A stretch of DNA of 64,000 bases from Candidatus Latescibacterota bacterium (lineage in GTDB: Bacteria; Latescibacterota; UBA2968; UBA8231), in contig JAYYVF010000055.1 of NCBI GenBank assembly GCA_036343635.1, forward strand, positions 1-64,000. The letters are read 5' to 3'. The stretch's first letter is position 1. Each line of letters starts with the position of its first letter. Below, piece after piece: positions 29,501 through 38,846 of this stretch. A program made the position numbers and the translations under genes. A model generated the notes under the pieces. The model was not told where the DNA came from. It ran no database searches and worked only from the letters and a program-made list of their open reading frames with translations.

Positions 29501-29621
29501 CCAGGTGAGCAAATACAAAGCCTCCAAATTGAATTATGGCATTTTGACAGATTTGAATACGCGACCCCGCACTACCTATTTGGCCGCTGTTCGAAACCCT
29601 AACCCGAGTATTGAGGTCTAA
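26571..29621 (+). CDS. actB: Alternative complex III subunit ActB (molybdopterin-oxidoreductase-like plus 4Fe-4S ferredoxin domain, Tat signal)
   Basis: 1016 aa with Tat motif SRRNFLKLMGASFALGG. C-terminal Fe-S cluster motifs CGGCNVCAIAC, CMHCENAPCEVVCP, CVGTRYCANNCP, CTYCVQRI. Confidence 0.9.
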   Translation: MPSMTDKTTMRKDLGGQEISRQLKNSSSQTYWSSLEDLSRTDEFVEMVGREFPEQADQLMDSESRRNFLKLMGASFALGGLSACTIQPQEKIVPQVRAPEELIPGKPSYFASAYPDHGYGFGVLVESHMGRPTRVDGNVAHPASLGGSSSAMQASILDLYDPDRLQTITNAGRLSTPSVFWEQLDKQLNVHSMQDGQSLRVLMQTSTSPTEADLLSAIQSRYPGFKWHQFEPHNRDNYFEGSDIAFGKHLNCDYDFSKAKVIFSFDSDFTRKGSTNARYAKQFSAARKVRDGQSSMNRLYMAEPSPTSTGSLADHRWAMNSASMEVLALQIARALNVSFTSRGKSENALPTEMVRAIADDLFANKGKSLVIAGESCSPELHALVHAINNKLKNVGSTVFYRTPVEISSESQKTSFGELIKDMNNGDVKSLIVLGGNPLFHAPVDSGFADAFSKVDFRVHLTSHVNDTSEHCHWQVASSHYLEAWGDIRAFDGTVSIIQPLIKPLYKSISRLELLGFMAGKAGLSGIELVKRHWETHTLEANFATFWRKTLHDGVMANTKFDELTPKINNLRLSDHFGILLEEDLVELQLRPDPMIDDGRFSNNGWLQESPRPISKLTWDNAAIVSPKTAERLRLKSNHMADLRLGDLSLKLPVWVLPGQAENVITVHTGFGQQGFGRVSNGSGFNAYLLATTSNPDGNVGLKVIASFDKYELACTQEHSKMTDGYERIDELGTATFEDRKLIRESTFKEYKRNPDFAHEGVHDPPDDMTLYNRSDHEYDGYAWGMVVDLGVCGGCNVCAIACQSENNIPVVGKEQVLNGRELSWIRIDRYYKGEIENPRIVHQPVTCMHCENAPCEVVCPVAATVHSKEGLNDMIYNRCVGTRYCANNCPYKVRRFNFLQYANRTSESLKLQRNPDVTVRSRGVMEKCTYCVQRINQARIESKKSGIPIKDGQIQTACQQACPSDAIIFGDINDPASQVSKYKASKLNYGILTDLNTRPRTTYLAAVRNPNPSIEV

Positions 29622-29623
29622 AT

Positions 29624-30994
29624 ATGTCAGAGGCTGCCGAAAAATCATATCAGCCCCCAGTTGAAGAACTGGGTCCCGGGCAAACAACCTTTACTTCTAT
29701 TACCGACAAAATCAGTGGCGCTGTTTTAACAAAACATACACCGATATTCTGGTTTATTTCTTTCGCAGTTGGATTCATTTGCTTACACGGATTGATGATT
29801 GGAGCTCCCTATTTATTGTATGAAGGCACCGGAATCTGGGGACTAAATAATCCCGTTGGATGGGGATGGGCAATTATCAATTTTATCTGGTGGATTGGAA
29901 TTGGACACGCTGGAACACTGATTTCAGCAATTTTGCTACTATTCAGGCAAAGATGGCGTACGAGTATTAATAGAGCTGCTGAAGCGATGACTATTTTTGC
30001 TGTACTCTGTGCTGCTCAGTTTCCACTTCTACATACCGGCAGGCCCTGGTTGGCCGCATACTGGCTACTGCCCTATCCTAATTCGATGGCCATGTGGGTA
30101 AATTTTCGGAGTCCTTTGTTATGGGACGTCTTCGCCGTTTCCACATATCTTATAGTTTCGCTTGTTTTCTGGTATGTCGGACTTATTCCAGATTTAGCCA
30201 GTTTCCGTGACAAAGCCAAGAATAGATTTGCCCAGCTTCTTTATGGTTTTCTGTCACTCGGATGGCGTGGTTCAGCCTTCCACTGGGAACGCTATGAATT
30301 GGCCTCATTGATATTGGCTGGACTTTCTACCCCGTTGGTTCTTTCGGTTCATAGCATCGTTAGCTTTGACTTTTCGACAGGTATTATACCCGGATGGCAC
30401 ACAACCATCTTCCCGCCCTATTTCGTAGCTGGAGCTATTTTCGCCGGGTTTGCGATGGTACTGACTCTTATGATTCCACTTAGAAAAGTCTACGGACTGT
30501 ATGATTTTATAACAGAACGGCATTTAAATAACATGTCTAAAGTTATGCTAACGGCCGGACTTATTGTGGCGTATGGCTATTTTATGGAGACAGTTATTGC
30601 TGAATATAGTGGAAGCCAGTGGGAAATGTATATGATGCGGAACCGAATGTATGGACCCTATGGGGATTTTTATTGGGCCCTTATACTCTGCAATATTATT
30701 ATTCCACAATTGCTTTGGTTTCGCTATTTCCGCCTTCATCCGATCTGGCTGTGGATCATTTGTCAATTTATTAATGTAGGTATGTGGCTCGAGCGGTTTG
30801 TAATAGTTGTGATGAGCCTACACCGTGATTTTATGCCTTCATCGTGGGGTAGCTACAGCGCAACCATTTGGGATGCCGCTATTTACGTTGGTACTATCGG
30901 GTTATTTATCGTTTTATTTTTTGCCTTTATACGCGGGTTTCCAATGATCTCTATTCATGAAATTCGAACACTTTTGAAAATAGGAAAACACTAA
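29624..30994 (+). CDS. actC: Alternative complex III subunit ActC (NrfD/PsrC-like quinol-interacting membrane subunit)
   Basis: 456 aa, about 10 TM, NrfD-like. Immediately follows actB. Confidence 0.85.
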   Translation: MSEAAEKSYQPPVEELGPGQTTFTSITDKISGAVLTKHTPIFWFISFAVGFICLHGLMIGAPYLLYEGTGIWGLNNPVGWGWAIINFIWWIGIGHAGTLISAILLLFRQRWRTSINRAAEAMTIFAVLCAAQFPLLHTGRPWLAAYWLLPYPNSMAMWVNFRSPLLWDVFAVSTYLIVSLVFWYVGLIPDLASFRDKAKNRFAQLLYGFLSLGWRGSAFHWERYELASLILAGLSTPLVLSVHSIVSFDFSTGIIPGWHTTIFPPYFVAGAIFAGFAMVLTLMIPLRKVYGLYDFITERHLNNMSKVMLTAGLIVAYGYFMETVIAEYSGSQWEMYMMRNRMYGPYGDFYWALILCNIIIPQLLWFRYFRLHPIWLWIICQFINVGMWLERFVIVVMSLHRDFMPSSWGSYSATIWDAAIYVGTIGLFIVLFFAFIRGFPMISIHEIRTLLKIGKH

Positions 30995-31006
30995 GAGACT
31001 ATCGCA

Positions 31007-31552
31007 ATGCACCATGAAGAAAAATCACCCTTTCACGGGGTCATGGCACAGTTTGATAATCCAAACGATTTGTTAGCCGCAGCTCGCAATGCGTTTGCAG
31101 CCGGCTATAGAAAGATGGACGCCTATAGTCCCTTGCCGGTTCATGGCCTTGCGGATGCCTTAGGATATAAACGGACACGGCTCCCCTGGTTAGTCTTCGT
31201 CATGGGAATCATAGGAGGTGTCGCCGGTTACGCACTTTGTTATTGGACATCGGTTATCGATTATCCATTGAATGTCGGGGGACGGCCTTTTCATAGTGGA
31301 CCGGCATTCATTCCGATCACGTTCGAACTGACAATACTCTTTGCAGCCCTTACCTCGGCTTTCGGCATGTTGATCGCTAATGGTCTACCGCAACCATACC
31401 ATCCTGTTTTTAACGTTTCCAGTTTTTCTCATGCGAGCTCTGACATGTTTTTCCTTTGCATTGAGTCGACCGATGAAAAGTTTGATTTAGACAGCACCAC
31501 ACAATTTTTGCAAAGCCAAAATCCTGAAGAGGTAACGTCCGTTGAAAACTAA
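31007..31552 (+). CDS. actD: Alternative complex III subunit ActD
   Basis: 181 aa with two TMs. The position between actC and actE is conserved in ACIII operons. Confidence 0.7.
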   Translation: MHHEEKSPFHGVMAQFDNPNDLLAAARNAFAAGYRKMDAYSPLPVHGLADALGYKRTRLPWLVFVMGIIGGVAGYALCYWTSVIDYPLNVGGRPFHSGPAFIPITFELTILFAALTSAFGMLIANGLPQPYHPVFNVSSFSHASSDMFFLCIESTDEKFDLDSTTQFLQSQNPEEVTSVEN

Positions 31553-32132
31553 ACTGGTTTGCAATCGGCTCTTGCGCGGCGTTTCCGTATTGTTTTACAC
31601 CCTGGTTCTGTCTGGATGTGAGCTAAGACAGGCCATGTATGACCAGGAAAAATACGAACCTTTGGAAAAATCTACCTTCTTCGCGGACGGCTTATCTTTT
31701 AGACCTCAAATAGAAGGTACGGTGGCTCGAGGACAACTTAGGCTGGATACGCATTTCTATGAAGGCACTATCGACGGTGAATTAAGTAAGAGTTTGCCAA
31801 TAGAGGTAACGAAGGATGTCCTTGAATCGGGACAGGAGCGTTATAATATTTATTGTACGCCTTGCCATGATCGAACTGGCCAGGGTAATGGAATTATCGT
31901 TACACGTGGATTGAAACAACCACCCAGTTTCCACACCACGCGTCTACAAGAGATGCCTGTCGGTTATTATTTTGACGTAATGACAAACGGTTATGGTGTT
32001 ATGTACAGTTATGCTTCTCGCATACCCGTTGCAGACCGTTGGGCAATTGCTGCTTATATCCGAACCCTCCAACTAAGCCAACATATTGATATTGGCAAAC
32101 TTCCAGTTGAGGATCAAAAACAATTTCAATGA
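31542..32132 (+). CDS. actE: Alternative complex III subunit ActE (monohaem cytochrome c lipoprotein)
   Basis: 196 aa with a signal peptide and lipobox LSGC. Single CTPCH haem motif. Confidence 0.8.
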   Translation: MKTKLVCNRLLRGVSVLFYTLVLSGCELRQAMYDQEKYEPLEKSTFFADGLSFRPQIEGTVARGQLRLDTHFYEGTIDGELSKSLPIEVTKDVLESGQERYNIYCTPCHDRTGQGNGIIVTRGLKQPPSFHTTRLQEMPVGYYFDVMTNGYGVMYSYASRIPVADRWAIAAYIRTLQLSQHIDIGKLPVEDQKQFQ

Positions 32133-33379
32133 ATGACGAAATAATACAGCAGTCAGAGGCACTTAAGCCCGAATTCGACAACCTTCGAAAACGCTTTTTT
32201 ATCATCGGTGTAATTGGTTTAGTTGCTTCGTTAGTTGGACTGTTTTTATCCACAGACCATTATAATCAGTTCTTTCAATCTTACCTTGTTGCCTTCACCT
32301 ACTGGGTGAGTATTCCTTTAGGAAGTTTACTGATTCTTATGATACATCAGGTGGGTGGCGGAACCTGGGGCTTCACTATCCGCAGACAACTGGAAGCGGC
32401 CTCACGGACTCTTCCTCTTCTCTTCGTTTTTTCTATTCCGATTCTGGCCTTTGGTATTCACTCACTATATGAGTGGAGCCATACGGATGTACTCGCTGAT
32501 GATGCCCTCCTCAGATATAAGGCCTCATTCCTAAATGAGTCCTATTTCCGCATCAGATCAGTCGTATATTTCCTTATCTGGGGAATCTTAATCTTCCTGT
32601 TGAGCCGATGGTCGGCCAAACAAGATAATGAGACCTCTACCAACGCAACTTGGAAAATGCAGAAACTCAGCGGCCCCGGAATTGTTATTTTCTTTTTAAC
32701 AACGACGATGGCTACCATAGATTGGATGATGTCCATAGAGCCTCATTGGTTTTCAACAATATTTGGTGTAATTCAAATAATTGGTCAGGCACTCATAGCC
32801 TGGTCCTTCATAACCCTTGTTTCCATATATCTGGCTGACAAAAAACCAATAGGACGTTTGTTAACCGGTGGACGTTTAGCTGATCTTGGTACCTTCATGC
32901 TGGCTACGGTCATGCTGTGGGCATACACTTCCTTCTCGCAACTGCTAATTATTTGGTCAGGAAACCTGCCTGAGGAGATTACCTGGTTTATTACCAGGAC
33001 TTCAGGAGGATGGGAATATCTCTCGTATGGTCTTATTGGCCTTCATTTTTTCTTTCCCTTTTTCTTCCTTATTTCCAGTACAATGAAATCAAAATTATCT
33101 GTGCTGAAATTTTTTGCCTGCTGGCTTCTGTTAGTGAGATTTTTTGATATTCTCTGGTATACAAGACCAACTTTCACGAAAATTGATCCATTACATGGCA
33201 ACCATTATAGCAGTGGATTTACCATAGACTGGTTGGATTTAGCAATTTTAGTTGCAATAGGCGGATTCGTTATCTCAATGTTTTTTTCACAGTTAAAAAA
33301 ACGACCGCTAATCGCGCTCAACGATCCCCGTTTCCCTGAGCTCTATGAGGCAGACGAGAAGGATGACCACCATGGATGA
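32129..33379 (+). CDS. actF: Alternative complex III subunit ActF (NrfD-like membrane subunit)
   Basis: 416 aa polytopic NrfD-like protein. Start overlaps the actE stop (ATGA). Confidence 0.8.
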   Translation: MNDEIIQQSEALKPEFDNLRKRFFIIGVIGLVASLVGLFLSTDHYNQFFQSYLVAFTYWVSIPLGSLLILMIHQVGGGTWGFTIRRQLEAASRTLPLLFVFSIPILAFGIHSLYEWSHTDVLADDALLRYKASFLNESYFRIRSVVYFLIWGILIFLLSRWSAKQDNETSTNATWKMQKLSGPGIVIFFLTTTMATIDWMMSIEPHWFSTIFGVIQIIGQALIAWSFITLVSIYLADKKPIGRLLTGGRLADLGTFMLATVMLWAYTSFSQLLIIWSGNLPEEITWFITRTSGGWEYLSYGLIGLHFFFPFFFLISSTMKSKLSVLKFFACWLLLVRFFDILWYTRPTFTKIDPLHGNHYSSGFTIDWLDLAILVAIGGFVISMFFSQLKKRPLIALNDPRFPELYEADEKDDHHG

Positions 33380-33791
33380 GATGAAGTCGACTGAAGATAG
33401 ACCGAACTACGAAACCACGGATGCTCACATACGTCCTTTGGTGTATACAGGAGTTGTGATCCTCGTGTTGATGTTCGGATCATTCATTGGAATTATACCG
33501 CTCTTTAAAGTATTGGACTACTATCAACCTCTTTTCGATGATGAGGTAGCTCCGTTGGTTGATCAGCGTATAGGTAACAACGCTCCCAGACTGCAGATTG
33601 ACCCACCACGGCAGAAATTTGAACTCGCCGCTCAAGAAGATAAAATCCTAAATAACTACGCCTGGGTTGATCCAAACTTAAAGATTGTTCGTATTCCCAT
33701 AAACCGAGCCATTGAACTCGTAAGCGAAGGTACTCTTGTTTTACCTCATATTTCGATAAACAAAAAAATACATCAGGTCACACTTCCTTAA
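33372..33791 (+). CDS. Small single-TM membrane protein between act and cox genes (hypothetical)
   Basis: Start ATG at 33372 overlaps the actF stop (ATGGATGA). One TM (LVYTGVVILVLMFGSFIGIIPLF). Confidence 0.5.
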   Translation: MDEMKSTEDRPNYETTDAHIRPLVYTGVVILVLMFGSFIGIIPLFKVLDYYQPLFDDEVAPLVDQRIGNNAPRLQIDPPRQKFELAAQEDKILNNYAWVDPNLKIVRIPINRAIELVSEGTLVLPHISINKKIHQVTLP

Positions 33792-33795
33792 CACT

Positions 33796-34638
33796 ATGAA
33801 TATGCAATTTATTTTAAAATATTTAACCTCTCTATTGTTTCTTGTGTTCTTAGTCCCAGACCAAACTGTGGCAGCAAAGCTGACAAAAGAGAGAATCGAT
33901 AAGATAGATTTTGAACAGCGTCTTGGTGAAAAGGTCTCTCCAGAGCTTACGTTCAGGGACCACAATGGCATCGCTGTTAGATTAGGCGATTTTCTTGGAG
34001 ACAAACCGATTATCCTGTCACTAGTTTATTACGAATGTCCCCTTCTTTGCGGCCAGGTCCTAAACTCACTGTTAAGATCCCTGAATGTTCTAAATTTTGA
34101 CATTGGCACCGAATATGACGTGATCAGTGTAAGTATTGACCCCAACGAAAGTCCCGACCTTGCCGCTGAAAAAAAACAGGCCTACATCGAGAAATACCGA
34201 GGTGAAAATGCAGAAAAAGGTTGGAATTTCTGGGTTGGCGACCAAGATCAAATAGACAAAATTGCTAGTTCGGTAGGATTCAAATACGAATATGATTCTG
34301 AGACAGATCAATATGTTCATGCAAGTGGTATTATAGTACTCACACCTGATGGGCAAATAGCTCGGTATTTTTATGGGTTGGATTACCCTCCACGAGACCT
34401 CCGTTGGGGACTGGTTGAAGCTTCCAAGGGAAAAATAGGAAACCCCGTGGACGAGCTTTTGTTACTCTGTTATTCTTATGACCCTCTGACCGGCGAATAT
34501 GGAATCATGATTATGAACGCTCTTCGTATTGGCTCTGTCTTAGCTATGCTCTCATTGGCAACCTTTGTTTTCGTCATGCTGCGACGCGAGCGACGCAAGA
34601 GCACTCCGCTGTCCACACAAAAAATGGAGCCTCGTTAG
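33796..34638 (+). CDS. SCO1/SenC family copper chaperone
   Basis: 280 aa with a signal/TM, thioredoxin-like fold CPLLCG and a conserved His region. A C-terminal TM is also present. Confidence 0.8.
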   Translation: MNMQFILKYLTSLLFLVFLVPDQTVAAKLTKERIDKIDFEQRLGEKVSPELTFRDHNGIAVRLGDFLGDKPIILSLVYYECPLLCGQVLNSLLRSLNVLNFDIGTEYDVISVSIDPNESPDLAAEKKQAYIEKYRGENAEKGWNFWVGDQDQIDKIASSVGFKYEYDSETDQYVHASGIIVLTPDGQIARYFYGLDYPPRDLRWGLVEASKGKIGNPVDELLLLCYSYDPLTGEYGIMIMNALRIGSVLAMLSLATFVFVMLRRERRKSTPLSTQKMEPR

Positions 34639-34640
34639 GT

Positions 34641-35576
34641 ATGTCTGATTTTCCTCTATGGCCCGAACAGGCATCGTCGGTAGCATGGCAAGTAGACGCT
34701 CTATACGGTCTACTCTTAGCGTTGACTCTCCTATTCACCGTTCTCGTTTTCGGGCTCGTAATAGTCTTCGCATTAAAATACCGCCGTAAATCGGATGACG
34801 AAGTCCCAGAGCAGATTCACGGATCTATCCCTTTGGAACTTGCTTGGACTATAATACCTTTATTTATGGCCATTGGCGTTTTCACTTTAGGTGCGGATGT
34901 GTTTTTTAGGCTACAAAGAGCTCCGGCGGACCCGTTAGAGGTCTATGTGGTCGGTAAACAATGGATGTGGAAACTTCAGCACGAATCAGGAAAACGCGAG
35001 ATTAATACCCTGCATGTACCCGTAGGCCAACCGGTGCGCTTAACCATGACTTCGGAAGATGTGTTACATGATTTCTTCGTTCCAGCCTTTCGCGTAAAAC
35101 AAGACGTTGTCCCGGGCAGATACACTACTATGTGGTTTGAGGCAACGAAAGTTGGAGAATATCATCTTTTCTGCGCGGAATATTGCGGAACGCAGCATGC
35201 CTATATGATAGGTAAGGTCATCGCAATGGAACCCGGTGATTATCACGATTGGTTAATGGGTGGCCAAAACGCCTCCCTGTCCATGGCTGAAGCCGGTGAA
35301 AAACAATTCACTCAACTAGGATGTCAAACATGCCATAAGAGTAGTTCTGATGGCCGAGGACCAACCTTGATTGGCGTTTATAACGAGCCACAAAAACTAA
35401 CCAATGGCCAGGAGGTAATGGCCGATGTCCAATATTTGAGAGAATCTATTTTATATCCAAATGCTAAAATAGTGGATGGATATCAACCGATTATGCCAGG
35501 GTTTGACGGGCAAATAAATGAACAGTCACTACTTCAACTTGTTGCTTACATCAAATCCTTAAACGAAACACCATAA
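34641..35576 (+). CDS. coxB: Cytochrome c oxidase subunit II, caa3-type (C-terminal cytochrome c domain)
   Basis: 311 aa with two TMs. CuA site HDFFVP...[13 protein letters not shown]-terminal CQTCH haem c motif. Confidence 0.9.
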   Translation: MSDFPLWPEQASSVAWQVDALYGLLLALTLLFTVLVFGLVIVFALKYRRKSDDEVPEQIHGSIPLELAWTIIPLFMAIGVFTLGADVFFRLQRAPADPLEVYVVGKQWMWKLQHESGKREINTLHVPVGQPVRLTMTSEDVLHDFFVPAFRVKQDVVPGRYTTMWFEATKVGEYHLFCAEYCGTQHAYMIGKVIAMEPGDYHDWLMGGQNASLSMAEAGEKQFTQLGCQTCHKSSSDGRGPTLIGVYNEPQKLTNGQEVMADVQYLRESILYPNAKIVDGYQPIMPGFDGQINEQSLLQLVAYIKSLNETP

Positions 35577-35589
35577 GGAAAAAACGCGT

Positions 35590-37254
35590 ATGAACGCCCA
35601 CGCTGCTGAGAGTCCCAAGAATTATCTCAATGAAACCTACGGGCTAAAATCCTGGTTACTGTCGCTGGATCATAAGCGCATAGGGATAATGTATTTAATT
35701 ACAATTTCAGCCTTTTTTATCCTCGGCGGGATATTTGCCAGTTTCATTCGAATTGAGCTTTTAACTCCAAAAGGAGACCTGTTCGAGGCAGAAACCTACA
35801 ATCGGATCTTCACTATGCATGGCGTAGTAATGATCTTCTTCTTTTTAATTCCGTCTATACCCGCTGTGTTAGGCAACTTTTTACTACCTCTAATGTTGGG
35901 CACACGCGATGTTGCTTTCCCTCGATTAAACTTACTTAGTTTCTACCTGTATGGGTTCGGCGGTACGTTCACGATGTTGGCAATTGTCCTCGGTGGAGTT
36001 GATACTGGATGGACATTCTACACGCCCTATAGTAGTACTTATTCGAATTCATTCGTGGCTTTAGCATTGGTAGGTGTCTTTATTAACGGTTTTTCTTCGA
36101 TTTTAACAGGTGTTAATTTTATCGTTACTATTCATAAGATGAGGGCGCCCGGACTTACCTGGTTTAGACTTCCCTTATTTGTCTGGGCTCACTACGCTAC
36201 CAGTTTATTACAGGTACTTGGAACACCGGTAGTAGCTATCACATTGCTTCTCGTAGTTTTTGAAAGAGTTTTCAATATTGGCATCTTCAATCCAACACTT
36301 GGCGGTGATCCTGTTCTGATGCAGCATCTTTTCTGGTTTTACTCGCACCCTGCTGTCTATATCATGATTCTACCAGGATTCGGTGTGATCAGCGAAGTCA
36401 TAGCCTGCTTTGCCAGACGACGTATATTTGGATATTCATTCATTGCCTTTTCATCGTTAGCCATAGCAATATTAGGCTTCCTTGTCTGGGGACATCACAT
36501 GTTTGTTTCCGGCCAGTCAACTTACGCGGGGATGGTATTTTCCTTCCTGACCTTTTTAGTTGCCGTACCGTCGGCTATTAAGATTTTTAATTGGGCTTTC
36601 ACGATGTATAAAGGCTCTGTTCAATTGGATTCGCCTATGTTGTACGCACTCGGTTTTATGGGATTATTCACCATCGGAGGTCTAACGGGTCTTGTCTGTG
36701 CTACTCTTGGCGTAGTCGTACATATTCATGACACCTATTTTGTCGTTGCCCATTTTCACTACGTAATGGTTGGTGGAATGGTTATGGCCTTTTTGTGTGG
36801 TGTTCATTTTTGGTGGCCAAAGATCACAGGACGGATGTATTCCGAACCCATGGGTAAGTTAAGCGTCATGTTGATCTATGCGGGATTTAATTTGACCTTC
36901 CTTCCCCAGTTTGTCGTAGGGTATCTCGGGATGCCTAGACGTTACCACACCTATCCGGAGGAATATCAGGCTCTCAATATTATGTCGACGGCCGGAGCCT
37001 CGGTCTTGGGCCTAGGCTTTGGAATCGTTTTTGTCTATTTGATTTGGTCCTTATTTAAAGGCGAGAAAGCTACGTCTAATCCCTTTAAAGCCAAAGGTCT
37101 TGAATGGGAAGGGATGCAATCGCCCCCAATTGCCCATAATTTTATTGACATTCCTGTGGTAATGGAAGAGGCATATGCCTACGGTCCGGATCACCATAGT
37201 GATCCAGATCCTAACAAGTCCTCCGACCCAGCTAAGGAGAAAGAAGTTGTCTGA
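35590..37254 (+). CDS. coxA: Cytochrome c oxidase subunit I
   Basis: 554 aa. Haem-copper oxidase motifs are present: [24 protein letters not shown] and the FHYVM region. Confidence 0.95.
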   Translation: MNAHAAESPKNYLNETYGLKSWLLSLDHKRIGIMYLITISAFFILGGIFASFIRIELLTPKGDLFEAETYNRIFTMHGVVMIFFFLIPSIPAVLGNFLLPLMLGTRDVAFPRLNLLSFYLYGFGGTFTMLAIVLGGVDTGWTFYTPYSSTYSNSFVALALVGVFINGFSSILTGVNFIVTIHKMRAPGLTWFRLPLFVWAHYATSLLQVLGTPVVAITLLLVVFERVFNIGIFNPTLGGDPVLMQHLFWFYSHPAVYIMILPGFGVISEVIACFARRRIFGYSFIAFSSLAIAILGFLVWGHHMFVSGQSTYAGMVFSFLTFLVAVPSAIKIFNWAFTMYKGSVQLDSPMLYALGFMGLFTIGGLTGLVCATLGVVVHIHDTYFVVAHFHYVMVGGMVMAFLCGVHFWWPKITGRMYSEPMGKLSVMLIYAGFNLTFLPQFVVGYLGMPRRYHTYPEEYQALNIMSTAGASVLGLGFGIVFVYLIWSLFKGEKATSNPFKAKGLEWEGMQSPPIAHNFIDIPVVMEEAYAYGPDHHSDPDPNKSSDPAKEKEVV

Positions 37255-37906
37255 CACCGCTCAATCAGTAGGCCGTCAGCATCACTTCGAAACGGCCGAA
37301 CAACAATATGAATCTGCAACTTTGGGAATGTGGGCATTTATTGCCCAGGAAATTCTCTTTTTCGGTGGTCTTTTCGGAGGTTATTGTGTCTATCGCAACC
37401 TCTATATTGACGCCTTCCGAGCAGCAAGTAGTCTACTTGATATCCCATTGGGTACATTCAATACCGTGGTTTTGATCGGTAGTAGTTTGACCATGGCTTT
37501 GGCTGTCCGTTGTGCCCAGCAGGGACGCCCTAAAGCCATAATATCGTGGATTCTCGCCACCTTAGCACTTGGTAGTGTCTTTTTGGTTGTAAAATATTTC
37601 GAGTATAGCCACAAGTGGCATGATAACTTGGTACCTGGAGCTTCTTTTGAATGGAACCATCCTGAGCTGGTTAACGTATTTGGAGGCAACGTAAAAATAT
37701 TCTTCTCATTTTACTTTGTCATGACAGGTATGCATGCGTTACATATGGTGATTGGTGCATTTTTAATGTTTTGGTTGATATACAAAGTTCAACGCGGTCA
37801 AATCAACGAGTACTATTATACTCCAGTAGAAAATATGGGACTATATTGGCACTTTGTTGATATTGTCTGGATTTTCCTTTTTCCACTACTTTACCTAATC
37901 GGTTAA
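37247..37906 (+). CDS. coxC: Cytochrome c oxidase subunit III
   Basis: TTG start at 37247 preceded by RBS AAGGAGAAA, overlapping the coxA stop. COX3-like TM helices follow. The ORF-track start at 37175 lies inside coxA. Confidence 0.85.
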   Translation: MSDTAQSVGRQHHFETAEQQYESATLGMWAFIAQEILFFGGLFGGYCVYRNLYIDAFRAASSLLDIPLGTFNTVVLIGSSLTMALAVRCAQQGRPKAIISWILATLALGSVFLVVKYFEYSHKWHDNLVPGASFEWNHPELVNVFGGNVKIFFSFYFVMTGMHALHMVIGAFLMFWLIYKVQRGQINEYYYTPVENMGLYWHFVDIVWIFLFPLLYLIG

Positions 37907-37920
37907 CAGAGCTAAGTCTA

Positions 37921-38253
37921 ATGTCAGATCATCATATCCTTCCCTTAAAAACGTATTTTCTTGTCTTCGGCGCATTAATTTTTGGCACTTTGTTGACAGT
38001 TGCTGTCACATATGTGGATTTGGGGTGGTTGAACACACCAATGGCGCTGTTGATCGCCGGAACTAAGGCGACGATCGTAATATTGTATTTCATGCACGTC
38101 AAGTACAGCCACAAACTTATTGGGCTTTTTGCTTTCACCGGATTCTTTTTCATAGTAATCCTATTAGCTCTTACGCTTCAGGATTACTACTCGAGAGGCT
38201 GGCAGGAACCCTTACCTGTGGATTTCTTGAATTTAGGTCAAAACCTGAAATAG
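37921..38253 (+). CDS. Cytochrome c oxidase subunit IV (prokaryotic caa3-type small subunit)
   Basis: 110 aa with three TMs. Last gene before the terminator. Confidence 0.7.
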   Translation: MSDHHILPLKTYFLVFGALIFGTLLTVAVTYVDLGWLNTPMALLIAGTKATIVILYFMHVKYSHKLIGLFAFTGFFFIVILLALTLQDYYSRGWQEPLPVDFLNLGQNLK

Positions 38254-38302
38254 ACCTCTTTACATCCCAGTTTTTCTTAATGGGTCATTTTTAAATAATA
38301 AT

Positions 38303-38340
38303 AAAGCGTCGCGGGATTCTGATCTCGCGACGCTTTATTT
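38303..38340. terminator. Strong bidirectional rho-independent terminator between the cox operon (+) and the convergent GroES-like gene (-)
   Basis: AAAGCGTCGCG / CGCGACGCTTT stem (8 GC-rich bp plus 3 A-T) with a 12-nt loop. Followed by TTTATTT, with AATAATAATAA on the other side. Confidence 0.7.
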
Positions 38341-38366
38341 CTTGCTCTTAGACTACGTGTAAAAAC

Positions 38367-38732
38367 TCAAACAATATCCCTAATAAGAGATAAAATCGAG
38401 CTATGCGAAACAATTAAAAACTTTTCGTCGTCAAATTTTATCTCAATAGCTTCCTTCCGTATAAAAATAGCATGATCCCCTTTTTTCGCCTGCAATGGAA
38501 TGTAACGAGACTGCTCAACGGGGTCATCACTCCAAGGAGCACCCTCTTCGTCACTCTTGGGAGGTAAAATTATCCCAGGGCCTACTTCTTCAATTCTTCC
38601 ACTTTGTACATCTTCTTTTTCTAAAGCCGTGGGCGGTAAATAGAGCCCTACCGCAGTACGTTCCTCTTTATCGTCTAAACGAATAAGGACGCGGTCTGCT
38701 ACAACAAAAAGCTCTCTATCACCTCTAATCAT
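38367..38732 (-). CDS. Cpn10/GroES-family co-chaperonin-like protein with an internal insertion
   Basis: Start at the internal ATG (MIRGDRELFVVADRVLIRLD...) with strong RBS AAGGAGAGAGAA. GroES-like LIRLDDKEERTAVGLYLP...GRIEEVGPG...KKGDHAIF. No groEL adjacent. Confidence 0.7.
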   Translation of the reverse strand: MIRGDRELFVVADRVLIRLDDKEERTAVGLYLPPTALEKEDVQSGRIEEVGPGIILPPKSDEEGAPWSDDPVEQSRYIPLQAKKGDHAIFIRKEAIEIKFDDEKFLIVSHSSILSLIRDIV

Positions 38733-38846
38733 GTTTTCTCTCTCCTTTGCACAATTTAATTTTACATCTTTACTCAAATTACTCTGTACTGCCTTAAAGA
38801 TTTTAATCCTCACATTAGGTCGATAAAAATAACTCTTTGACTACTA

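Noticed and set aside
37175-37246. Upstream extension of the coxC ORF
   Set aside because: It overlaps the 3' end of coxA in another frame. A TTG start with RBS AAGGAGAAA at 37247 gives a canonical COX3 N-terminus.
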